Below, piece after piece: positions 51,005 to 59,500 of a DNA stretch of 64,000 nt (positions are counted from its first letter, which is position 1; every line of letters starts with the position of its first letter). A program made the position numbers and the translations under genes. The notes under the pieces are model-generated. The model worked only from the letters and a program-made list of their open reading frames with translations. It made no database searches and was not told where the DNA came from. The DNA is from a virus, in IMG/VR virus record IMGVR_UViG_3300007511_000004, positions 1 to 64,000 of that record; one strand, given 5' to 3'.

Positions 51005-51630
51005 AATGAAATACCTGCATTGATGGTATACCGATTAACGTTATTATTGGTTAACCTCTTTACTGAATGTACCAAGCGGGGGTTTCCATTATTCAATAGA
51101 ATTACTTTCCCGTTAGCTGGATACACAGTGTGCTTAGTTTCGACCTCCCCGTCAGGCCAGGTTCTTTCGCCGAGTTTAAGATACGATTCCCACTCATTAT
51201 CCCATCTACTTTCCTCAGTGAAATAGATTAGGAATCCGATATCGTGATCTTCTACCCCATCCCAATGCCATCCAAGCTCCGCTGATCCGTTCCACACATC
51301 TATGAATTTTAATTTATGATTATAGCCGCAAGTTCTTTTAAACCACCCGGTGTAATGCGGATCACCGAATAATTCATTTATCACCTCTATATAAATTGGA
51401 GGAACAGACTCGACGCTTTTTTGATTGACTTGCCCCTCACGATCTCTGTGATATTTTTTAGCCTTCTCGGGTGCACCATCTGCTGCATTTATACTCCAGT
51501 CTGGCACACCTTTATATTCAATGTGATCTACCCAATTCTCAGATAAAAGCTGACCCCAGACCATAGCATTAAGATGGGTAGGCAGCTCCCATTCATCATA
51601 CCCATCCTTGTAGAATTTATCGACGTTCAT
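50995..51630 (-). CDS. 2OG-Fe(II) oxygenase (paralog of 48795-49514)
   Basis: WHWDG, LNNGNPRLVHSV, RYT. Confidence 0.8.
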   Translation of the reverse strand: MNVDKFYKDGYDEWELPTHLNAMVWGQLLSENWVDHIEYKGVPDWSINAADGAPEKAKKYHRDREGQVNQKSVESVPPIYIEVINELFGDPHYTGWFKRTCGYNHKLKFIDVWNGSAELGWHWDGVEDHDIGFLIYFTEESRWDNEWESYLKLGERTWPDGEVETKHTVYPANGKVILLNNGNPRLVHSVKRLTNNNVNRYTINAGISLWN

Positions 51631-52100
51631 ATTGCCGTTGTTCCTAGCCGAGTTTTTCCCTCACCTGTAATATATAGCTGAAGGTCTGATACCTTGGCTA
51701 TTCTAATGATACCGTAGAAGGGCGAGGCTGTGTGATAGACGTAAGCGGGGAAGGTTACTGTCATACCAGTAGTCGGTTTAATAATATATGGTTCGAAGTG
51801 TGAGGCCAACTGCGAGGGGTAGCCACGATTAGCATTACCTCGCGGGTCGTGAAGTATTAGTTCCCCGCCCTCCCCTGAGACGTGTTCATAGTAGATGGAT
51901 GTGAAGTGAGCGTGACCGTGATTATGAGTCGCTAGCCAATAGCCAGACTGTGGGCTTGTTTCCCAGTTACGGATAGCGTGATCAAGTTGATCAAGATCCT
52001 CCTGAAAATAGATTTGTAAATATTCTTTGAATCGTGTCCCAGGATCAGGGTTACCGTTCTCTTCAACGTGTATCGGGGTGGACCACATCATAAACCTCAC
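51627..52100 (-). CDS. Putative 2OG-Fe(II) oxygenase (TIGR02466-like)
   Basis: HNH, GGELILHDPR, FPAYVYH. Confidence 0.75.
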   Translation of the reverse strand: MRFMMWSTPIHVEENGNPDPGTRFKEYLQIYFQEDLDQLDHAIRNWETSPQSGYWLATHNHGHAHFTSIYYEHVSGEGGELILHDPRGNANRGYPSQLASHFEPYIIKPTTGMTVTFPAYVYHTASPFYGIIRIAKVSDLQLYITGEGKTRLGTTAI

Positions 52101-53052
52101 TTAAAAAACATGTATCTTGAGTTCTGAAACTTTGGATGTGGTTTGATAAAAAACATCCCATATTACAATACTGGAAGTGTGCACATTCAAGACAGTTGTA
52201 TTGTTTGAACCATTTCTCTTCCATCTCAAATTTGGATGGTTGATAATTCCGTTTTAGATCTTTTACTAGAATTGTACATGGGCCTGATGTTCCATCGGGT
52301 AAAATGGTAACAGTATCCATGCAGGTCATTTGCTTCTTTACCTTGTTTTGCATATCGTTAAAGGGTAGAACCTTTGGATACTTATCCAGCATGTATAGTA
52401 TAAAATCCCGAAGCATAATATCATTAGGTAGGAAGGTATCCATATTAGCTTCGGGCGTATAATAGTCAAAGTAGATACCAAATCGATCATAAAGGTAATC
52501 GAAAAACGGTACATCGTCTCTCATGAATTTCCGGATACTCGGCTTCGTCATAATGACATTCACCGATTTAATATAATCCCTATACCTTCTTACATTCTCC
52601 TGGAATATCGGAAAGGTGGTCTTATTGAATCGGGCAGAAGGGTCGTAACTAGTTAATAAAGTAACCGGATCCGATCCTAACATTATATCGAATCTTTCGG
52701 TGTTTGTAAATACGAAGTTAGTAGTAAAACAAATTTCTAGATTAATACCTTCGCTGAATGCCCAATTATTTAATTCACGTATGACCTTACCGTAATCCTG
52801 AAATACCCTATCAGGTAAAGCGTCAGCGAAGACCTCTCCGCCCATAAAATGTACACTATAGTCCTCTCGGGGTAAACTCTTAATCCGACCCTTGATTATA
52901 TCGATCTTTTCTAGAATGGTATCGATACCGAAAAAACTATTATGGTCCTGACTGCAGAATTTACAATTCAGATCGCAATATTCGAAGAGAGTGACGATGA
53001 TCTCTCCAGTCTTACCCCTTTTACCCGTCCGGCTTATTACATCAATTGACAT
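52063..53052 (-). CDS. Radical SAM/SPASM enzyme
   Basis: CDLNCKFC, MGGE, FTTN, CLECAHFQYCNMGC. Confidence 0.9.
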   Translation of the reverse strand: MSIDVISRTGKRGKTGEIIVTLFEYCDLNCKFCSQDHNSFFGIDTILEKIDIIKGRIKSLPREDYSVHFMGGEVFADALPDRVFQDYGKVIRELNNWAFSEGINLEICFTTNFVFTNTERFDIMLGSDPVTLLTSYDPSARFNKTTFPIFQENVRRYRDYIKSVNVIMTKPSIRKFMRDDVPFFDYLYDRFGIYFDYYTPEANMDTFLPNDIMLRDFILYMLDKYPKVLPFNDMQNKVKKQMTCMDTVTILPDGTSGPCTILVKDLKRNYQPSKFEMEEKWFKQYNCLECAHFQYCNMGCFLSNHIQSFRTQDTCFLSEVYDVVHPDTR

Positions 53053-53578
53053 TCTTGAATACCATATTACAAACCAAACTGATCCGGGTATCTTCTCCTA
53101 GGTATGGAGTTACTTCGTGCCAGATGTAATAAGGAGCTGCGATCAATAATCCGGTTTTTGGCTCTATCTCAACATAAGGTTCTCGACAGAATGATTTCCG
53201 ATTAGTGAACCTCGGGTCGTACAGTCTCAGCTTACCGCCTTCCTCTGATTCGTTTGAATAGTAAACGGCAAAGGCATCTATCTGATCATGGGTATGACAG
53301 GATTTGAAGTCCCCACGATCCATCGGATTGATGATATTAAAAGAATCCATATCATAGTCGGGTGGATGGTCATAGTGGAAACATAGTGCATCGAAAGCTG
53401 ATTTAAAGCGCTCGCGGATAGTTCTCATATTATCAGAGACCCACAAATCCACATTATAGTCAGCGGGTTTCGTTGGAAGAGTGGCGATAATAGCCTTGGA
53501 GGTATTTAAGATATCCTTATTAAACTCGTCGCTATCATCATATTGTTTAGTGTATATAAAGGATTCAAATTCTATCAT
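53042..53578 (-). CDS. Putative 2OG-Fe(II) oxygenase (TIGR02466-like)
   Basis: HTH, GGKLRLYDPR, WHEVTP, RISLVCN. Confidence 0.8.
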   Translation of the reverse strand: MIEFESFIYTKQYDDSDEFNKDILNTSKAIIATLPTKPADYNVDLWVSDNMRTIRERFKSAFDALCFHYDHPPDYDMDSFNIINPMDRGDFKSCHTHDQIDAFAVYYSNESEEGGKLRLYDPRFTNRKSFCREPYVEIEPKTGLLIAAPYYIWHEVTPYLGEDTRISLVCNMVFKNVN

Positions 53579-54705
53579 AACCTAAAATTATTCAATTCTC
53601 CACTATTAGCATTTTTCAATTTATAGATGTAGTTTAGGAATAATACATTTACCTTCAATCGATCTTCACATTCGAATGCCGAAGTGGAAAGGGGCTTCAG
53701 TTCTTCCGCCATGATCGAACCAATTCCCGCAGTGTCGATATACCCCAGTGACAGAGAATCGTATACAGCATCCATTATAGTATCAGATAGATTTTCCTCG
53801 AATGGGGTTTGGCTATTCTGGGTAACTGCTTGCATCATTTCAGATCGGATTGTCGAGAATCGGATATTAGGATGACGGTTTACATAATCGACTCTGTGGT
53901 ACTTTCCTTCATCATCGAATAACCAGCGGGTTCTATCATTAGTATCCTTAAGCGCTATTAGATCATCTTCAGCATTCACATCACTGATCCCGAGAACCCC
54001 TTGGACCCAGCTTTTATAGATGTTATAGAATAGGTGAGATTTGAGGAACTGAACCTCCTCGTTACATTTCTTACCCAATAGTTTTAACATCTTCTTTCCG
54101 AGGCTACCATTATGATCAGACCCGCTTGCGAGGTAATTTGCAATTAAGAACTCCACCCCGATATTAGGAATAATCTCCGATCGTAATACCGAATAATCTG
54201 CCCATGATAGATCTAACGTTATGGCATTCCACTTAGTGATAAATTCAGACTTACTTAGATAAGTAATCCCCTTAGCATTATTCTTTTGTTTTTCCAGCCC
54301 ATCGTTTGCGCCCCATAGAAAAGTAGTGGTATTTTCTAACTGGGAATTGAGACTGAATGTATTATAAATCTTCCATGCTATATCAACATGTAAAGTTTCA
54401 AATAGTAGCTTTATGAATTTAATAATTATCTTATCATAATTATCACGATTGACGTGGATATTCACTGTACCTTTATTCTTAAGCGCAGTAAAGAAATCTT
54501 TATCATTATCATATGGGGCGTCATCCCCGGTCCACAGTTCCTCTAGGTCGTCTACATTGTGCATCTGGGCCTTCAGATCCCTCCAGGCAGTCTTCAAATC
54601 TTCGAGGAAGATGGAGTTTAAATTAGGGGTAATAACCATGTTATCGACATTATTGTCCATTAAGTAATCGTACTTAACGTAAACTTTATCAAAGAGCAGA
54701 AACAT
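53575..54705 (-). CDS. Hypothetical protein
   Basis: 376-aa ORF coupled within the operon. Confidence 0.6.
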   Translation of the reverse strand: MFLLFDKVYVKYDYLMDNNVDNMVITPNLNSIFLEDLKTAWRDLKAQMHNVDDLEELWTGDDAPYDNDKDFFTALKNKGTVNIHVNRDNYDKIIIKFIKLLFETLHVDIAWKIYNTFSLNSQLENTTTFLWGANDGLEKQKNNAKGITYLSKSEFITKWNAITLDLSWADYSVLRSEIIPNIGVEFLIANYLASGSDHNGSLGKKMLKLLGKKCNEEVQFLKSHLFYNIYKSWVQGVLGISDVNAEDDLIALKDTNDRTRWLFDDEGKYHRVDYVNRHPNIRFSTIRSEMMQAVTQNSQTPFEENLSDTIMDAVYDSLSLGYIDTAGIGSIMAEELKPLSTSAFECEDRLKVNVLFLNYIYKLKNANSGELNNFRL

Positions 54706-55432
54706 ACTCTAATTCCTTTTGCATTTGGTGTTGAAAGTCTTCATGGATAATTTCCCCTGATGAGACCCCATATGTTAACATAGCCATGAAATTATTAGGA
54801 GTAGTCCAATAGTAAAACATATTTTTACCTTTGAACATCGGTTCGTTGAATTGTTTTTCCATATAGTATACTGGGATATCTAATGCGAGGATGGCCTGAG
54901 CCTCCTCCCATTCATACATTTTTACATAATTTACCCCAATGTAATCATAGTCGTCAATTGTCTCAAACTCGTTCTTTGCTGCTTCCCGTATCGCTTCATC
55001 ATTAATGGTAGTTACATTAAAAACTGACCCGGAAGCAATAGCGGTTAGCCACCTATTAATTATTTCAGGATTCTCTGATCGGAATTCCGCCATCTCATCA
55101 TCATTTAGAATATATTCAATATCGTAAATCTCGTCGATCCATTCGAACCCGGCTTCTTGATAGAGCATTTTAAGTACGGTCAATTCGGAATGAACCGAGT
55201 TAATGATCAACCTATGGTTCATATAGACCAGAATATAGTTTTTACGATCAGCTAATGATACCTTATCCCAGCCAACTATATTACAGGGGATATCCAGATT
55301 GCTGACGTAGGTAATCAACTTATCTTCTTTTAATATGCTTTCGCTATAATCAATATTAAAGATGATACTATCATCATTAAAATACTCCTTCAATTCCTCC
55401 ATGGGAATAGGAGCCACAGTATCTTTTATCAT
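54689..55432 (-). CDS. Hypothetical protein
   Basis: 247-aa acidic ORF immediately downstream of the candidate precursor. Confidence 0.6.
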   Translation of the reverse strand: MIKDTVAPIPMEELKEYFNDDSIIFNIDYSESILKEDKLITYVSNLDIPCNIVGWDKVSLADRKNYILVYMNHRLIINSVHSELTVLKMLYQEAGFEWIDEIYDIEYILNDDEMAEFRSENPEIINRWLTAIASGSVFNVTTINDEAIREAAKNEFETIDDYDYIGVNYVKMYEWEEAQAILALDIPVYYMEKQFNEPMFKGKNMFYYWTTPNNFMAMLTYGVSSGEIIHEDFQHQMQKELEYVSAL

Positions 55433-55435
55433 AAT

Positions 55436-56011
55436 TTATCTACGTCCTCTTGAAGTGTGACAGTCGTAATGACAACTATAATGACAGGTATCAATGTCTC
55501 GGGTGAGGGCGGAATCCCTTACATTCCGATATGCGGTTCGTACTGATGACAGATACGATTCCATTTCACTGGAGGATATGGTCCTACCAGAATTCACTGT
55601 ACTGGAATACCCTGGCGCGGATACGGATGATCGAGCATTGTATGTTCCGGATGTGGGCTGATACGCTTTAGCAGTACTATCAATCTGCAACTCACTAGTA
55701 CCATTGTTATCGAAATATCTTCGAGCCCGCATATTCCTCATATGGGTCCAGTCAGTTGCGCCGGTGACCATCCCAGTCCGGACTGTCGAAGCAGTAATAG
55801 TTCCCCCGGAAGAACCTAGATCATTATCTGACATATATCCAGTGCTGCTAGGTAAAGATGCAGTAGAACCCCCGAACCGATCGTTAGGCATTTCGGAAAA
55901 AGGTTTACTGTTAGTCCCCCATGATACTGAGGCTTTCGCGTCGGCCGCAACATAATCCTGCCATCTCTTACGAACGTTACTTCGACTGATATTATTTGTT
56001 AAGGATACCAT
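55436..56011 (-). CDS. Ser/Thr-rich protein with C-terminal (CHxx)3-RGRR tail; candidate radical SAM substrate/precursor
   Basis: Ends DTCHYSCHYDCHTSRGRR*; these are the only Cys in the protein; embedded among maturase-type enzymes. Confidence 0.65.
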   Translation of the reverse strand: MVSLTNNISRSNVRKRWQDYVAADAKASVSWGTNSKPFSEMPNDRFGGSTASLPSSTGYMSDNDLGSSGGTITASTVRTGMVTGATDWTHMRNMRARRYFDNNGTSELQIDSTAKAYQPTSGTYNARSSVSAPGYSSTVNSGRTISSSEMESYLSSVRTAYRNVRDSALTRDIDTCHYSCHYDCHTSRGRR

Positions 56012-56012
56012 A

Positions 56013-57035
56013 TTAAATCCTGTCGATCTGTTTATTTGTATTTATGTCTTTTAACAACATCATTAGAGTTTTCGGGGAGGGACATGTATCACCTTCCCAT
56101 TCTAATTGATGGCAATCTGATCCACACACGTCGAATACCGGGCATTCGAAACAAGCGGGGTTTCGATTCAATTCCTTCATTATAATACTACATCTGCCGT
56201 TTGATTTTAAAACTTCAGACGCAGGCTGATTTATATGCCCATATGCGTTTTGGGGAGCGGTATTAGGGCATCCAGCAATTGAACCATCAGCATTAATAGT
56301 AATTAACTTTTGTTCACAGTCTCGACACCAGGTACCTTGGCTCGGATTGTTTTTCTCGAACTTGGCGTAAATATTCTCCATGATTACATGATATATGGAA
56401 TCCCGGTCATTCAATTGATTGTGGTATCTAACAAACCAATTATCGATCTCTTTATTCGAAGGCCATAATCCGGAATTAAGCTTGGCGTTGCCATCCATAG
56501 TAATCCGCTCAAAGTCTAATTCATGGATACCGAGACTTGACATGTAGGCAATGATCTGCTTCGGTGGCATATCTAGAACAGATTTACTCATACTAACGAA
56601 GCATTTAACAGTATATCCCATACCCACTAATAATTTGACATTATCCTCCCATAATCTTCGCTGTTTTACATTGGCGAATCTGATAGTAGGATCCCAAGAA
56701 GTACCGATGCGCTTATTGAGAACATCCTCAAAGAATTTGAGCTTCTCTTCGGTGAGTTTATACGTAAGGTTTGATGTGATACCATAATTATCCCCATCGG
56801 TCAATTCAACGAATCTTCGCAACGAGGACACGGGCGCGAGCATTGGCTCACCACCATGAAACTCATACCAAATAGAATCTGCAGTTAATTGATTAACCCA
56901 GGCTGCAGTTGCCTCGGGATCGAAGTAGATCTTCTGACCAGAAATCCCAGAAGTGAAACAATGAGAACAATTGAGATTACAGGTCTCAGTTGTTTTCACA
57001 TAAACGGATAAGCGTTTCGGTGTCGTTAATTGCAT
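56013..57035 (-). CDS. Radical SAM/SPASM enzyme
   Basis: YVKTTETCNLNCSHC, FHGGEP, CRDC..GCP..CFECPVFDVCGSDC..CP. Confidence 0.92.
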   Translation of the reverse strand: MQLTTPKRLSVYVKTTETCNLNCSHCFTSGISGQKIYFDPEATAAWVNQLTADSIWYEFHGGEPMLAPVSSLRRFVELTDGDNYGITSNLTYKLTEEKLKFFEDVLNKRIGTSWDPTIRFANVKQRRLWEDNVKLLVGMGYTVKCFVSMSKSVLDMPPKQIIAYMSSLGIHELDFERITMDGNAKLNSGLWPSNKEIDNWFVRYHNQLNDRDSIYHVIMENIYAKFEKNNPSQGTWCRDCEQKLITINADGSIAGCPNTAPQNAYGHINQPASEVLKSNGRCSIIMKELNRNPACFECPVFDVCGSDCHQLEWEGDTCPSPKTLMMLLKDINTNKQIDRI

Positions 57036-57456
57036 ATGAAACCATTAATGCCTTTTTATCGTTGATTGCCCGATGCCGGACGTTTGCCGGGATTAGTAGG
57101 GTCTCTCCAGGATGAATCGTATACACCTTACCCTCGACCTCCATCACTTTCTCTCCATCATGACATTCTATGTGAACATCATGTGGATCTGTATGCTCTT
57201 TGAATGTAGTACCATGTGCCGGATTGTAGAAGAAATGCATAGTTCTATCGTTTAGTTGATACAATCTTTCCATCTGCTCAACCTTAATAGTGCATTGACC
57301 CTCTGCTATAATAACCCCCAGTCGGGCTAAATATCCACAAAAGTCCAGATCACTATTAAGATAATGTTGAAGGCCGTCTCTATCTATATACGACACATCA
57401 TGATTTAGGTAGCACTCGGGAGAGTCTACGAAATTAAAAAAGTCTTTGAAAAACAT
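56986..57456 (-). CDS. Cupin/JmjC-like protein
   Basis: FKEHTDPHDV..C.DGEK, PGETLLIPANVRHRA. Confidence 0.75.
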   Translation of the reverse strand: MFFKDFFNFVDSPECYLNHDVSYIDRDGLQHYLNSDLDFCGYLARLGVIIAEGQCTIKVEQMERLYQLNDRTMHFFYNPAHGTTFKEHTDPHDVHIECHDGEKVMEVEGKVYTIHPGETLLIPANVRHRAINDKKALMVSYAINDTETLIRLCENN

Positions 57457-57457
57457 T

Positions 57458-57465
57458 CATAAATA
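57458..57465 (+). promoter_or_regulatory. T4-type late promoter for the GT25-PLOD gene
   Basis: CATAAATA in the divergent intergenic region. Confidence 0.55.
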
Positions 57466-57486
57466 TTCCTGTATGTGCTACGTATA

Positions 57487-57515
57487 ATTATATCAGGTTT
57501 ATCTACATTTGTAAA
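57487..57515 (-). promoter_or_regulatory. Sigma70-type promoter driving the minus-strand radical SAM operon
   Basis: On the minus strand: GGGGG-TTTACA-17 bp-TATAAT, about 30 nt upstream of the cupin ATG. Confidence 0.75.
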
Positions 57516-57520
57516 CCCCC

Positions 57521-59458
57521 TTGGAGAATATTATGAGAAAAATTTGTATAAATCTTAAATCGCGCCGGGATAGACGAACTCGGATCAATACTGAGATAGC
57601 TCCTAAAATTGGTGAGATTGAGTTCATTACCGCTGTAGACGGTAAAACCGCTGACTTCAGTTCACCTATTAATAATACCAACTTTTCTTCCAAGAAGGGG
57701 TGGCGAGATCCATTCTCCCGACGGCCTATTACGGTTGGTGAAATGGGATGTTTTGCTTCCCATTTTAAAGCGTGGGAAATGGTCTTAGAAGCGGCTGAGC
57801 CTTGCATTATATTTGAAGATGATATCGATATTAACTGGGACCTTTGGGATGAATCGAAGCTCGAAGAAATCATGAAGGTGAATAAGGGGGATATTAGCCT
57901 TCTTCTCTTGGGATATAATGAAAATGAACCGGAAAATGTTATCCAACATCCAGAGTATGATAATGTTATCATTCCGGCCTACCCCTACAATGCACACGCT
58001 TACATATTGAATCCCCACGCAGCACAGTGGATGGTTGCATGCGAAATCAATAAGGAAGTTATCCCTGTTGATGAATTCATTTCAGATATGAGAAGGGAAT
58101 ATGGCAAAAACGTCAGAGCGCTAGATACCAATTGGGTCAATCAATTACCTAGATCTGAGTGGGGGAGTAATATAGAACCACAATCTGATCAGGATTGGTT
58201 TATTGATTTTGGTATGCACGCCGTAACAGTTGGCACGGATACCACTCGATGCAATAAGTTAATGTCCAGCGCTACCATAAATGGGTTTGATGTAAAGAAC
58301 CTCGGGATCAATAAAAAATGGACTGGTGGCGATATGACAGTAACTGGCGGGGCGATGAAGATCCGCTTACTACGAGAATATCTTACCAAATTAAAACCCC
58401 ATGACGTGGTTCTGTTTACGGATGCCTATGATGTATTTTACACGGGTTCATTGGAAGAGATCGTCCGCCGATATTTAGATACAAAGTTTGATATTCTATT
58501 TGCCGGAGAGAACAACTGCTGGCCCGATGAATCTTTAGGAGATCTGTTCCCCGATACTATTTCTGAATACAAGTATCTGAACAGTGGTACCTTTATAGGC
58601 ACGTCGAGTGCTATATTGCAGCTAATTCAATCAGATGTTCCTGATGATTATGATGATCAGCTCTATTATCAACAAAGGGTATTGAATATCCCTATCAATA
58701 ATCAGCATATCCAGGACCACGGTTTAACTATTGGATTAGATGTTGAACAATACATCTTTACCACCTATGATCCTGAATGTTACGTATTGAATAATCAGGT
58801 CTTTAATCCCAAGACGCATTGTTACGGATTAGTGTATCACGGAAACGGAGGGACCGAGGCAAAGGAAGACTTTGCACGGAAATACGATCAGATATTTAAA
58901 CCTTCCACTGCTTTGTATATCCCATCCATGGGAAAGTTTGATATACTTGAAAAGGATATGCTACTTGTTGATTTCATGACAAGTGATCAATGTGAACAGT
59001 TAATTGAAATTGCTGATGGGCACGGGGAATGGGAGCCATTACCTGGAGATAAATTCCCAGCCTATGAAATTCGAATGAAAGAATTGGGCCTATGGAATGA
59101 TCTCCTTAAACATTGGGAAGAAAATCTCTATCCTATTATCGAGAAGCATTGGTGGCCAATTCAAATGTATGGTTTGAGAGATGCCTTTGTAATGAGGTAT
59201 TCAGTTGATACACAGAAATCTCTCGCTATGCACCATGATGCAAGTCTTGTTACGGCTTCAGTTAAGTTGAATGATAATTATAAAGGGGCGGTATTAGAAT
59301 TTCCTCGGCAGGGTATCAGTAATGCGGATATCCCACCAGGTAAGGCAATATTATTTCCGGGTATGGTTACCCACGGACATGAATGCACTACCTTACAAGA
59401 GGGGGTTAAATATAGCCTTACTATGTGGTCAAGTCGCTATACTGGAGATGAAAATTAA
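57521..59458 (+). CDS. Tri-domain protein: GT25 (COLGALT-like) + PLOD-type glycosyltransferase + lysyl-hydroxylase-like 2OG dioxygenase
   Basis: INLKSRRDRR, AVDG, WRDPFSRRPITVGEMGCFASH, FEDD; GGAMKIRLL, LFTDAYDV, AGENNCWPD, YLNSGTFIG, DDQLYY; FVMRY, HHDAS, FPG.VTHGHE. Likely start is the ATG at 57533. Confidence 0.85.
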   Translation: MENIMRKICINLKSRRDRRTRINTEIAPKIGEIEFITAVDGKTADFSSPINNTNFSSKKGWRDPFSRRPITVGEMGCFASHFKAWEMVLEAAEPCIIFEDDIDINWDLWDESKLEEIMKVNKGDISLLLLGYNENEPENVIQHPEYDNVIIPAYPYNAHAYILNPHAAQWMVACEINKEVIPVDEFISDMRREYGKNVRALDTNWVNQLPRSEWGSNIEPQSDQDWFIDFGMHAVTVGTDTTRCNKLMSSATINGFDVKNLGINKKWTGGDMTVTGGAMKIRLLREYLTKLKPHDVVLFTDAYDVFYTGSLEEIVRRYLDTKFDILFAGENNCWPDESLGDLFPDTISEYKYLNSGTFIGTSSAILQLIQSDVPDDYDDQLYYQQRVLNIPINNQHIQDHGLTIGLDVEQYIFTTYDPECYVLNNQVFNPKTHCYGLVYHGNGGTEAKEDFARKYDQIFKPSTALYIPSMGKFDILEKDMLLVDFMTSDQCEQLIEIADGHGEWEPLPGDKFPAYEIRMKELGLWNDLLKHWEENLYPIIEKHWWPIQMYGLRDAFVMRYSVDTQKSLAMHHDASLVTASVKLNDNYKGAVLEFPRQGISNADIPPGKAILFPGMVTHGHECTTLQEGVKYSLTMWSSRYTGDEN

Positions 59459-59466
59459 TATAAATA
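59459..59466 (+). promoter_or_regulatory. T4 late promoter
   Basis: TATAAATA upstream of gp13. Confidence 0.75.
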
Positions 59467-59500
59467 GAAGTAAATATAGTATAAACTAATAGGATCTCAA

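Noticed and set aside
57499-57972. 157-aa minus-strand ORF
   Set aside because: Antisense shadow of the GT25 domain; it also runs over the promoter region.
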